Positions 1-9,063 are shown, numbered from the stretch's first letter. The stretch: DNA of 64,000 bases from an uncultured Eubacteriales bacterium (GCA_964429195.1 CAYSBC010000002.1:10183-74182); one strand, 5' to 3'. The notes: generated by a model not told the origin, from the sequence alone. Numbers and translations: made by a program.

Positions 1-1903
1 TATCTCTGATGAATGCGGTCACTATACTGGATGCACTTCCTGTTTGAGGATCGGCGGAAAGTGTAATATTGGATAAATCAGTAAAGATATAAGGCCCAAA
101 TTCAATAGGCACCGAATCATTTTTTAGGTACCAGTTGATAATTTCAGCGGTATCAGTACCTTCCCCAGAATTTATAAAGCCTGCATAGACCTCGCTAGCA
201 TCGGTACTGGAGTCAGTTCCTGTACTTGCGAGAAGGTTCCCAAGATCAAGGCCCTCCAATTTTAACAAAACATTATGGGGTCTATAACTAAGGTCCTCAT
301 CGGAATAATGTACTTCAAGTACTTTAGAAGCCCCATTGTACTCAATCCAAACCGTACACCATGCGGGCAGGTAGACACTTTGTATTTCAGTTGAATATAA
401 ATTATAACCGTTATAATATACTTCCCCGTACATAGATGAATCATTGGGTGCAATAAGTTTGATTCTCAAACCCTGCTCATCAGAATTATTCCGGGGCTTC
501 AGAGCAAATGTAATACCATTGTAATCGCTGGTTTTGGGATAAAGAAGAAATGTGAATGATGTGGAAAATGACATATCCTCGCCTAATCGGATCTTGTTTT
601 CGGTAAAAACACTGCCTTCCGGGTCTTCGTCTCGGCTTTTGAGCTTAAGCCCTTGGACGGACTTTCCATCCCTGTCTGTAGTATCGACAACAGCAACTTC
701 TCCGCTGAATCGGAGACGGTCAGTATTGCTGAAATCGGCATAGTTTATTGCAAGAGGAAATTCTTCGGTAGGTGTAACAGTAAGCTCGAAAACTTTAGTA
801 TCAGAAATAGTTTCTCCATATCCTTCATAAAGTACAGTCGCTGTTAGAATTACCGGCACGCTTTCCTGTCCCTTTGCGGGTCTGGTAACTGTACCATCGC
901 CGGAAATTACATCCGGATTTGATGATTGCCAAAATATCGTGCAGTCACCTATTACCATATCCCTCCAGAACTGATTTTTATATTCTGTTGGTAGGTTGAG
1001 TCTTCTCTTTACATCTTCTCGAATGTTGCCATTTAATATCCGATCATCTGTTAATTTACTCATAACATAGGGAACATAGTCACTCACCTCAGGGGGATAA
1101 GGCCTGACCTCTAATTCGAATATCTTATCAAGTGATACATCGCCCTTGGATATGGTTGCAGTAAGGGTTACCGGTACTGATCCAAAGGCATATGAGAAGG
1201 GAGGTTGGGTCACTTTTCCGTCTGCACCAATCCAATCCGGATTCGAAGAAACCCAGCTGATGTTGCTGCCATTGGTACCTTCTGTAGGCAGATTCATATT
1301 GGATACGATATTATCAGGGTAAGAACCGTAAAGTATAACATCATCCGTCAGCCATTCATAATCAGTATGTACTGATGCTTCATCCAGTGTAGGTTCAAGA
1401 CAGTTTACCTCGATATTGAAAGTTTTTACAATGTTATCTTCTCCGCTGGTCAATGTAGCTGTAAGCATTAAGTCTTTATTACCTTCGAAATATTGAGGTC
1501 TATGTACTGTTCCGTTAGGCTCAATTACTGATTCGTCAGGTGAAACCCAGGTAATGGTGCTTCCATTTTCACCAATCTCCGGTAAATAAAGATTATCGGT
1601 AATATTGTAATATAGGATACCCCAATCGCCAAAATCAAGCACTTTAAAGTCATTTGCCTTAAAAACCAGATTAGGTGCCAGCCATGTTGCATCAAGCGTC
1701 ACAATATCTGCATCAGAATATACAGCCTCGGTCACCGACATTAAGCCCGTATCTGAGGAAAGACCTGCTTCCGACTGAGGATTTGGTATGCTGTTTTCAG
1801 CAGCATACACTCTGCCTGAACTTGTAGGATATTGGATTGGTAATCCTGTTAAGATCAAAATGAATACAAGAATAAAACTGACTATCATACGAAACTTTTT
1901 CAT
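1..1903 (-). CDS. Secreted repeat protein, truncated at its C-terminus by the window edge. Signal peptide, three Ig-like repeat modules, distal legume-lectin/ConA-like domain.
   Basis: Absent from the ORF track because no stop lies inside the window. ATG at 1903-1901 is preceded by GGAGGAGA (revcomp of 1911-1918). My translation MKKFRMIVSFILVFILILTGLPIQYPTSSGRVYAAENS... stayed open to base 1 in a rough by-eye read, checked codon by codon only over about 1620-1903. Repeated modules: LPEIGENGSTITWVSPDESVIEPNGTV, LPTEGTNGSNISWVSSNPDWIGADGKV, ..CTIFWQSSNPDVISGDGTV. The distal FSTSFTFLL..GITFAL..VWIEYNG.SKVLEV pattern is typical of an L-type lectin fold. Confidence 0.8.
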   Translation of the reverse strand, partial: MKKFRMIVSFILVFILILTGLPIQYPTSSGRVYAAENSIPNPQSEAGLSSDTGLMSVTEAVYSDADIVTLDATWLAPNLVFKANDFKVLDFGDWGILYYNITDNLYLPEIGENGSTITWVSPDESVIEPNGTVHRPQYFEGNKDLMLTATLTSGEDNIVKTFNIEVNCLEPTLDEASVHTDYEWLTDDVILYGSYPDNIVSNMNLPTEGTNGSNISWVSSNPDWIGADGKVTQPPFSYAFGSVPVTLTATISKGDVSLDKIFELEVRPYPPEVSDYVPYVMSKLTDDRILNGNIREDVKRRLNLPTEYKNQFWRDMVIGDCTIFWQSSNPDVISGDGTVTRPAKGQESVPVILTATVLYEGYGETISDTKVFELTVTPTEEFPLAINYADFSNTDRLRFSGEVAVVDTTDRDGKSVQGLKLKSRDEDPEGSVFTENKIRLGEDMSFSTSFTFLLYPKTSDYNGITFALKPRNNSDEQGLRIKLIAPNDSSMYGEVYYNGYNLYSTEIQSVYLPAWCTVWIEYNGASKVLEVHYSDEDLSYRPHNVLLKLEGLDLGNLLASTGTDSSTDASEVYAGFINSGEGTDTAEIINWYLKNDSVPIEFGPYIFTDLSNITLSADPQTGSASSIVTAFIRD

Positions 1904-1974
1904 AATACCTTCTCCTCCAAAGATCGCGTTAGTGTTAATCTATTTCAAAATTTAGATTACTTTGATAATTGGAG

Positions 1975-2607
1975 CTATTTGCTCTTGATTCCCTCAATCA
2001 GCAATTTGCAATGAATTATCGCATTCTCTCTCAAATCAAAGTCAGGATAATGCACACACCATTCATAGCTAACGCCCCGCATCGCCATTACAAAATGCCG
2101 AGAGAGCGTTTCGGCCTCTATAGAAGAGATGAATTCTCCACTGTGAATACCTTTTTCAAAAACGTTGTAGACCAACGCGTAAAGCTCTCGTCCGTATCCT
2201 TTTATCGCTTCGGTACCTTCCGTTCCAGAAAGCAGCATCTGATAAATCTTGGCCATGTTTTTATAGCCGAAAGTATTGGTAAGCGTATCTGCAATTTTTT
2301 CTGCTAAAGAAAGCAGTGCCTGCGAAGCCGGCATTTCAATAGGCAGCGACTCTAAAAATGCTTTGTAATCCATATCGGCCTTTGCGGCATGGTCTGCAAT
2401 CAAAATAGCAATCAGCGCATCCTTTGAGTCATAGTGTACATAAAAAGCACCTTTTGTAATACCAGCCTCTTCAGTGATATCCTCCACGTTAACATCGGAA
2501 AAATTACGCTCTTTATACAGCCTTTCCGCAATCTCATACAGTCTTTTTTTTGTTTCTGCGCCCTGCGCCTTCCTCTTGTCGAATTTTTTCTCCTTCATAT
2601 TTTCCAC
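1975..2607 (-). CDS. TetR/AcrR family transcriptional regulator
   Basis: 210 aa. N-terminal HTH signature KKRLYEIAERLYKERNFSDVNVEDITEEAGITKGAFYVHYDSKDAL. Sits directly upstream of, and on the same strand as, the secreted protein gene. Confidence 0.85.
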   Translation of the reverse strand: MENMKEKKFDKRKAQGAETKKRLYEIAERLYKERNFSDVNVEDITEEAGITKGAFYVHYDSKDALIAILIADHAAKADMDYKAFLESLPIEMPASQALLSLAEKIADTLTNTFGYKNMAKIYQMLLSGTEGTEAIKGYGRELYALVYNVFEKGIHSGEFISSIEAETLSRHFVMAMRGVSYEWCVHYPDFDLRENAIIHCKLLIEGIKSK

Positions 2608-2885
2608 TCCATTTTTGATTTTCGTCCGGAAATTAGGTATAATGAATTGGGTTAATGAACAAGTTCACTAAACTTGGTTTCTAACTTAAAGTATAGCACC
2701 TGTCCGTTTTAATTTCAACTAACAAACTACTGAAAAATGCTTCTGTGTTTTAATACACATTATATAAGAATTTAAAAAGCCCTTTTGTGAAATTTCGTGT
2801 CTTTCGTGGTTTCCATCTCCTCAATTTCTGATGCATTTTCCTGCTAATATCCATTCTATCATGCAATTACCATGACTATAATAAG

Positions 2886-2929
2886 CAAAAAAGATACTGC
2901 ACCATACTTGAAATGCAATACCTTTTTTT
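2886..2929. terminator. Bidirectional rho-independent terminator downstream of ppdK
   Basis: Stem gatactgca (2893-2901) pairs with tgcaatacc (2914-2922): 9 bp including 2 G-U pairs. Flanked by an A-run (2886-2892) and a T-run (2923-2929). Confidence 0.5.
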
Positions 2930-3021
2930 AGCTGATAGTCTCGCTAAACAGAACTATCATTTCCCGATATATATCTAAAATTTTATATATACATCTTATT
3001 TAAACTGCTGAACGTCGTCAA

Positions 3022-5646
3022 TTAACGTTCAAAACGTATTTGTGCCTGGGCTGCGGCAAGCCTTGCTATCGGAACTCTAAAGGGTGAACAAGAAACATAA
3101 TCCAATCCTATTCGATGGCAAAACTCAATCGTCGTTGGATCTCCGCCATGCTCTCCACAAATGCCAAGCTTAATATCAGGTCTTCCCTTCTTACCCAGCT
3201 CTATAGCAAACTCCATGAGCCTTCCAACTCCCTCTTGATCCAATCTTTCGAAGGGGTCTTTTTCAAGAATTTTCTTGTCTGTATAATCCTTGATAAATTT
3301 GCCCGCATCATCTCTTGAAAAGCCAAAGGTCATTTGAGTTAAGTCATTGGTTCCAAAGGAGAAAAATTCAGCATGCTTAGCTATCTTATCGGCCACTAAG
3401 GTTGCCCTTGGTACTTCAATCATGGTGCCGATTTGATAATCAACCGCTACGTCCGCTTCACTTAAAACTGCATTAATCTTATTCAGTAAAACATTTTTAA
3501 CATAAACAATTTCTTCTTCACTTCCTATAAGAGGAATCATGATTTCGGGTTTGATATCCATGTTTTCATTTGATTTCACTTCAATCGCTGCTCTTATAAT
3601 CGCTTCCACTTGCATTTCATAAATCTCTGGATAAGTAATGGCTAGACGGCAACCCCTGTGACCCAGCATTGGATTCACTTCTCTTAAGTTAACGATGACT
3701 TGGTTTAATTGGGCAACATCCATACCCATTGCTTCAGCCAATTCAATCATATCTTTTTCCTGCTCCGGTAAAAATTCGTGTAAAGGTGGGTCAAGGAGCC
3801 TGATGGTAACAGGTCTTTCGCCCATGGCCTTGTAAATGCCAACGAAATCATTCTTTTGGTAAGGCAATAATTTTTGAAGAGCTTCCACCCTCTTTTCCTT
3901 GCTTTGAGCCATGATCATTTGTCTTACAATAAAAATACGCTCTTCATGGAAAAACATGTGCTCTGTTCTGCAAAGACCGATACCCTCTGCACCAAAGCTG
4001 ACGGCATTTAAAGCATCCTTTGGTGTATCCGCATTCGTTCGCACCTTCAGCCTTCTTACTTCATCCGCCCATTGCATAATCTTTTGAAAATCCTCTGTCA
4101 TTTCAACACTGGCTGTTGGAACAATGCCTTGGTAGATGGTTCCTGTATTCCCATCTAAAGAAATATAATCACCCTCATGGAAGGTTAGATTACCTACTTT
4201 GAACATCTTTTTCGATTCAAAAACTTGTATTTCTTCACAGCCTGCAACACAACATTTACCCATGCCTCTTGCAACAACTGCTGCGTGGGAGGTCATACCG
4301 CCCCTTGCCGTAACGATACCTTCTGCAGCTACCATGCCCTCTATATCCTCAGGGGATGTCTCCAGACGAACCAGAATAGTTTTTTCACCTTTATGTGTAG
4401 CCTCTACAGCATCCTTTGGCGTGAAATACACTTTGCCAACTGCTGCTCCCGGAGAAGCTGGTAAACCTTTGGCTATTTTAGTCGCTCTTGCTAATGCCTC
4501 CGCATCAAAGGTCGGATGTAATAATTGGTCCAGTTGTGCCGGCTCTATTCGCATCAGAGCAGTTTCTTTGTCAATCACGTTATTTTCAACCAGGTCAACG
4601 GCAATTTTCAAACTTGCTCTCGCTGTTCTTTTTCCATTTCTGGTTTGCAACATATAAAGCTTCCCTTTTTCAATGGTAAACTCGATATCCTGCATATCTT
4701 TATAATGACCTTCTAAGAGCTCTGTTATCTTCATAAATTCATCATACACATTCGGCATAATTTCTTGTAATCGATCAATGGAGTAAGGGGTTCTTATGCC
4801 GGCGACCACGTCTTCGCCCTGTGCATTCATGAGAAATTCACCAAACACCTTATGTTCACCTGTGGATGGATTTCGTGTAAAAGCAACACCTGTTCCGGAA
4901 GTCTCTCCCATGTTTCCGAAGGCCATGGATTGAACATTGACAGCTGTACCGTAATAATCGGGAATATCATTGAGTTGCCTGTATATAATGGCTCTTGCAT
5001 TGTGCCAAGAATCAAAAACGGCCTTTACAGCAAGAATCAATTGTTCCTTTGGATCCTGAGGGAATTCTTTTTTCGAATCAATATAAACTAGTCTTTTGTA
5101 TTTCTCAATAATTTTTTTAATACCGTCAACGCTTAAATCCGTGTCTTGTTGAATGCCCTGAGACTCTTTTTCCTCATCAAAAATAGTGTCAAATTTATAT
5201 TTTGGAATTTCCAGTACAACATCACCAAACATTTGAATAAAGCGTCTGTAGCTATCATAGGCGAACCATTCATTTCCTGTTGCCTTTGTAAGCCCAACAA
5301 CGCTATCATCATTTAAACCAAGATTCAGAACTGTGTCCATCATACCCGGCATAGAAACGACTGCACCTGATCTGACAGATACTAATAAAGGATTATTGAC
5401 GTCTCCAAATTTCTTGTCCATGACCTCTTCAAGTTCAGCTAGGTAGCTAAATATTTCCTCCATGACTTCCTGGTTAAGTTCCTTACCGTCTTCATAATAT
5501 TTGTTACAAGCTTCTGTTGTAACCGTAAAACCATGAGGAACAGGTAAACCAATCTTTGTCATCTCCGCAAGATTAGCACCCTTTCCACCTAATAATGATT
5601 TCATTTCTTTTGAGCCTTCTTTAAAAGAATAAACATATTTCACCAT
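3022..5646 (-). CDS. ppdK: Pyruvate, phosphate dikinase
   Basis: 874 aa. N-terminus MVKYVYSFKEGSKEMKSLLGGKGANLAEM, phosphohistidine region GGMTSHAAVVARG, C-terminal PEP-utilising TIM barrel motif ICGEHGGDP. Confidence 0.95.
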   Translation of the reverse strand: MVKYVYSFKEGSKEMKSLLGGKGANLAEMTKIGLPVPHGFTVTTEACNKYYEDGKELNQEVMEEIFSYLAELEEVMDKKFGDVNNPLLVSVRSGAVVSMPGMMDTVLNLGLNDDSVVGLTKATGNEWFAYDSYRRFIQMFGDVVLEIPKYKFDTIFDEEKESQGIQQDTDLSVDGIKKIIEKYKRLVYIDSKKEFPQDPKEQLILAVKAVFDSWHNARAIIYRQLNDIPDYYGTAVNVQSMAFGNMGETSGTGVAFTRNPSTGEHKVFGEFLMNAQGEDVVAGIRTPYSIDRLQEIMPNVYDEFMKITELLEGHYKDMQDIEFTIEKGKLYMLQTRNGKRTARASLKIAVDLVENNVIDKETALMRIEPAQLDQLLHPTFDAEALARATKIAKGLPASPGAAVGKVYFTPKDAVEATHKGEKTILVRLETSPEDIEGMVAAEGIVTARGGMTSHAAVVARGMGKCCVAGCEEIQVFESKKMFKVGNLTFHEGDYISLDGNTGTIYQGIVPTASVEMTEDFQKIMQWADEVRRLKVRTNADTPKDALNAVSFGAEGIGLCRTEHMFFHEERIFIVRQMIMAQSKEKRVEALQKLLPYQKNDFVGIYKAMGERPVTIRLLDPPLHEFLPEQEKDMIELAEAMGMDVAQLNQVIVNLREVNPMLGHRGCRLAITYPEIYEMQVEAIIRAAIEVKSNENMDIKPEIMIPLIGSEEEIVYVKNVLLNKINAVLSEADVAVDYQIGTMIEVPRATLVADKIAKHAEFFSFGTNDLTQMTFGFSRDDAGKFIKDYTDKKILEKDPFERLDQEGVGRLMEFAIELGKKGRPDIKLGICGEHGGDPTTIEFCHRIGLDYVSCSPFRVPIARLAAAQAQIRFER

Positions 5647-5777
5647 TCTGTCCTTACTCCTTCTTTAAAATTATGACATCAATATACATTTTATCCGATA
5701 TGTCGACTTTTGTGTCGTATAATTTTAACATTGTGTCATTTAATTGAATCATTTTCGATATATAGTGTACACTATTC

Positions 5778-5806
5778 ATTATAATCACTCTATTAAATAA
5801 AATCAA
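5778..5806 (-). promoter_or_regulatory. Sigma-A-type promoter of ppdK (TTGATT-17-TATAAT)
   Basis: On the minus strand, TTGATT (5806-5801), a 17-nt spacer, then TATAAT (5783-5778). Lies about 130 nt upstream of the ppdK ATG. Confidence 0.5.
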
Positions 5807-5929
5807 GAAGGGATTTGGAAACATGTGGAGGCTTCACAGGCGCCATTTTAAAAAATAATTTAGTTTTCTTAATGCTTTATTTTTTCAGCAACGACAAGAA
5901 TATAGCTTATGTAGAGTTCTCGCTTTTAT

Positions 5930-5957
5930 TTGACAATTTGACTCACTTTGATATCAT
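5930..5957 (+). promoter_or_regulatory. Sigma-A-type promoter of the betaine-binding protein gene (TTGACA-16-TATCAT)
   Basis: TTGACA at 5930-5935 and TATCAT at 5952-5957, about 45 nt upstream of the ATG at 6000. Confidence 0.45.
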
Positions 5958-5999
5958 AGGTAACAAATTTAATAGACTCACTCACGAAAGGAGAGAGAT

Positions 6000-6908
6000 A
6001 TGAAAATGAAAAGAATCATTGTATTATGTATTGCTTTAGTTCTAATAGCAGGGCTTCTTGCCGGATGCACAAGCCCGCAGACAGAAAATGGAGACCCTTC
6101 TGCTGGCGATAAAGGAACTGTTAAAATAGGCTATGTTAATTGGGTTGATGTTATCGCTTTAACAAATCTAGCAACTATTGTCCTTGAAGACACTATGGGG
6201 TATGAGGTCCAACCGATACTAGCTGATTTGGCTCCAATATATGCATCCATTGCATCAGGCGAAACAGATGCTTATCTAGGTACCTGGCTACCTTTGACAC
6301 ATGCTGCACAAATGGATAGATATAAGGACGAACTGGAAAACCTCGGTCTGGTTTATGAGGAAGGAGTCATGGGGCTCACTGTTCCAGCATATATGGCTAT
6401 TGACAGCATAGAAGACCTGGTTGGAAATGAAGACATTGTGAATGGCGAAATCGTAGGAATTGACGCAGGCGCAGGAATGATGGGCATAACAGAAGATGCA
6501 ATCAAAGAATATGGTTTGAACATGAAATTATTGAAAGGCTCAGATGTCACAATGACAGCCCTATTAGACCAAGCTATAAAAAACAATGAACCCATCGTTG
6601 TTACAGGATGGAAACCCCATTGGAAATTTGCCAGATATGATCTGAAAATACTGGAAGATTCTAAAGGAATATTCGGCGGAGAAGAAAAAGCCTATAATAT
6701 CGTACGACTTGGACTTTCTGAAGACATGCCGGAAGTCACAGAATTTTTAACTAAGATGTATCTTACAATTGATCAATTGCAAGAAATTATTTACATGATG
6801 GAAAGCAGTGAGGAAGATGCCAAAACAGTCGTTAGAAATTGGATAAAAGAAAATGCAGATACAGTCAGCAAATGGCTGCCAGAAGGTTATACCTTAAAGG
6901 TGGAATAG
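6000..6908 (+). CDS. Glycine betaine/compatible-solute ABC transporter substrate-binding lipoprotein (OpuAC family). No cognate permease or ATPase gene is adjacent.
   Basis: 302 aa. Lipobox LLAGC after a signal peptide. Typical OpuAC motifs VKIGYVNW.D, GETDAYLGTWLP, WKPHWKF. RBS AAAGGAGAGAG lies upstream. Confidence 0.85.
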   Translation: MKMKRIIVLCIALVLIAGLLAGCTSPQTENGDPSAGDKGTVKIGYVNWVDVIALTNLATIVLEDTMGYEVQPILADLAPIYASIASGETDAYLGTWLPLTHAAQMDRYKDELENLGLVYEEGVMGLTVPAYMAIDSIEDLVGNEDIVNGEIVGIDAGAGMMGITEDAIKEYGLNMKLLKGSDVTMTALLDQAIKNNEPIVVTGWKPHWKFARYDLKILEDSKGIFGGEEKAYNIVRLGLSEDMPEVTEFLTKMYLTIDQLQEIIYMMESSEEDAKTVVRNWIKENADTVSKWLPEGYTLKVE

Positions 6909-6954
6909 GTAAGCAGGATAAGTTACATACTGTAAATAAAAAAGTTTCTATCAT

Positions 6955-7020
6955 GAAAGGTGTCATCATGGTTTCGTATTTACTGCAAAATAAAAACCAC
7001 GCATGACACCTTTATTTTAA
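6955..7020 (+). terminator. Long hairpin terminator after the betaine-binding protein gene
   Basis: gaaaggtgtcatcatggttt (6955-6974) pairs with aaaccacgcatgacaccttt (6994-7013): 11 bp plus 6 bp around a small internal mismatch. Followed by ATTTTAATTT. Confidence 0.55.
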
Positions 7021-7031
7021 TTTAAATACGT

Positions 7032-7070
7032 GAACCCTCCCGAAACCTCCCTGAAACCCCCCTGAAACCT
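7032..7070. repeat. Short C-rich tandem repeat, about 11-nt unit GAAACCYCCCT in about 3.5 copies. G-rich on the minus strand.
   Basis: gaaccctccc / gaaacctccct / gaaacccccct / gaaacct read directly. Strongly GC-skewed in an AT-rich background. Confidence 0.8.
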
Positions 7071-7117
7071 AAATAAGTTAGCTCCAATAAGTTAGGTGGG
7101 AGGCTTCACAGGCACCG

Positions 7118-8035
7118 CTATTTTAAGAAGCCTTGTAAAATCGCTTCCTCTGCTTCGCTTTCCGTCAACCCTAAACACATCAGCTTGGTCAATTGTTCAG
7201 AAGCAATTTTGCCAATAGCAGCTTCATGGACTAATTGGGCATCCGAATCAAAGGCAGAGATCTCAGGAATAGAGGACACCTGAGCCTTATCCATGATAAT
7301 TGAATCACATTGAATATGACCTCGGCATTTCGCATAGCCTCGTAAATTCAGATGGAAAATTTGCTTGGAATTATCCTGAGCAACTGAACGGGAAATAATT
7401 TGAGCCGTGGAATCTTCACCCACCATTTCTACCGATATATTGGATTCAGCATCTTGATCCAGGTAAGTCAACAACCTTTCCGAAACGATTAACCGAGCAT
7501 TTTTATGCAATCGCACCTCGGTGTCCCTTACCGTGTCATCAACTCCTTTAATTTGAGTCATTTCAAGCTCAACAACACCGTTTTCTTCAACTTCAATGAT
7601 TGTCTTGGGGTTTAAAATTCTTTTTCCACTACCTTCCCCTTCTCCATAGTGCTTTTCTACATATTTCATTTTCGCACCTTTTCTGACGAAGAATTCATGA
7701 ACGCCATCGTGCCGAGCTTCTTTATCATCCAAGGTATGAATGCCGCAACCGGCTACAATCAGCACGTCCGAATCGGCTCCAACCTCAAAGGTATTATATA
7801 CTAAGTCATTCAAGCCTTCTGAAAGGATGACCGGAATGTGAACACTTTCATTTTTTGTTCCCGGTTTAATGATGATATCGATGCCTGGTTTATCCTTTTT
7901 CGTGACAATATCAATATTGGCTGTCGTATGTCGACTAACGCCTTCACCGTTTTTACGAATATTGTAAGCCCCATGCGGCAACTCGTGTAAGCCTGCGATT
8001 TTTTCCAAGAGGTTTTTATCGATTGCATTCAACAT
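7118..8035 (-). CDS. SufB/SufD-family Fe-S cluster assembly protein
   Basis: 305 aa. Beta-helix-type SufBD C-terminal region (SRSVAQDNSKQIFHLNLRG..., AAIGKIASEQLTKLMCLGLTESEAEEAILQGFL). Overlaps the 3' end of the upstream SufC-like ATPase gene. Confidence 0.75.
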   Translation of the reverse strand: MLNAIDKNLLEKIAGLHELPHGAYNIRKNGEGVSRHTTANIDIVTKKDKPGIDIIIKPGTKNESVHIPVILSEGLNDLVYNTFEVGADSDVLIVAGCGIHTLDDKEARHDGVHEFFVRKGAKMKYVEKHYGEGEGSGKRILNPKTIIEVEENGVVELEMTQIKGVDDTVRDTEVRLHKNARLIVSERLLTYLDQDAESNISVEMVGEDSTAQIISRSVAQDNSKQIFHLNLRGYAKCRGHIQCDSIIMDKAQVSSIPEISAFDSDAQLVHEAAIGKIASEQLTKLMCLGLTESEAEEAILQGFLK

Positions 8036-8774
8036 TTGCTTTACCTCCTATTACAGTACAGTTTTGTCGACAGCGACAATCCGTATCTATATCCCCTATC
8101 TCAGCCAGAATCTTTTCTTGGGTGGTTATCTCGCTAACACTTCCATTGGCTATAAGAATAACCTGATTGGCCAACCTGAATATCTTTTCTTGGTGAGATA
8201 TGATAATGACCGTCGTATCATATTTTTCATGGATATTTCTGAAGGTTTCAGATAGGGTCTGGAAGCTCCACAAATCAATCCCCGCCTCGGGCTCATCGAA
8301 AATTGCAACCTTTAAATTTCTTGCTAAGATACTGGCGATTTCAATTCTTTTCAATTCGCCCCCTGAAAAACTTGCATTGATTTCCCGGTCTAAATAATCC
8401 TGAGCGCATAGACCCACATCAAAAAGAAGATCGCATGGATTAACAGGATTATTCGGTCCGGCGGCTAATTCTAAAAATTCACTCACCTTGATTCCTTTAT
8501 AACGTGGAGGCTGCTGAAAGGCATAGCCTATACCCATTCTGGCTCTCTCATAGATTTCCTTCTTCGTGATATCCACTCCATCTAAAAGAACCTGCCCACT
8601 TGTCGCCTCATAAATACCCATAATTGCCTTGGCTATGGAAGACTTCCCACCACCGTTGGGTCCTGTCACAACATAAATCTTTTTATTTTCAAAGGTCAAA
8701 TTGATGTCCTTTAAAACCTGAACTTTCCCCATGTCTCCATCAACTGTAACATTAATATTCTTTAATTCTAACAT
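8016..8774 (-). CDS. SufC-like ABC ATPase with a Cys-rich C-terminal tail
   Basis: Walker A GPNGGGKSS, signature FSGGELKR, Walker B VAIFDEPEAGID. Start moved to the ATG at 8774 (MLELKNINV), which has GGGAGGCG upstream. The track's ORF extends to 8840. The tail reads DCRCRQNCTVIGGKANVEC. Confidence 0.8.
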   Translation of the reverse strand: MLELKNINVTVDGDMGKVQVLKDINLTFENKKIYVVTGPNGGGKSSIAKAIMGIYEATSGQVLLDGVDITKKEIYERARMGIGYAFQQPPRYKGIKVSEFLELAAGPNNPVNPCDLLFDVGLCAQDYLDREINASFSGGELKRIEIASILARNLKVAIFDEPEAGIDLWSFQTLSETFRNIHEKYDTTVIIISHQEKIFRLANQVILIANGSVSEITTQEKILAEIGDIDTDCRCRQNCTVIGGKANVECNR

Positions 8775-9063
8775 CCACTTTTCGCCTCCCAAAATATTCT
8801 GTGTCCTTCTATAATACTTACCCTTATCTTCTATATCCAACCACCTCTAGATTGAATTAAATTTATTATACTCTTAAAACATCCAGAAGTTAAGACCTAA
8901 TAGCTTGTCAATATAATAACAGCTCAACTAAATATAGGATGCTCACGATTTTCTTCGTTTCTATTTAGCCTTCTTTATGTTATAATTTCTATATTCACTT
9001 TTACCGGTCATTTTTATGCTACAAAAGGATGACTAATTTAAATTTTTATTCTGCGAGGTTAGA

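Noticed and set aside
262-847. Three ORFs of about 63 aa listed at the left edge of the track
   Set aside because: They lie in other frames or on the other strand of the long, motif-rich secreted-protein ORF that occupies 1-1903 on the minus strand.
1969-2307. 112-aa plus-strand ORF
   Set aside because: It lies entirely antisense to the convincing TetR-family gene and has no recognisable motifs.
4199-4657. 152-aa plus-strand ORF, plus several similar ones within 3115-5091
   Set aside because: They are antisense shadows inside ppdK, whose translation is unambiguous.
5815-6003. 62-aa plus-strand ORF upstream of the betaine-binding protein gene
   Set aside because: It spans the predicted promoter and one copy of the direct repeat, has no RBS, and ends in the start region of the next gene. 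It is most likely non-coding.
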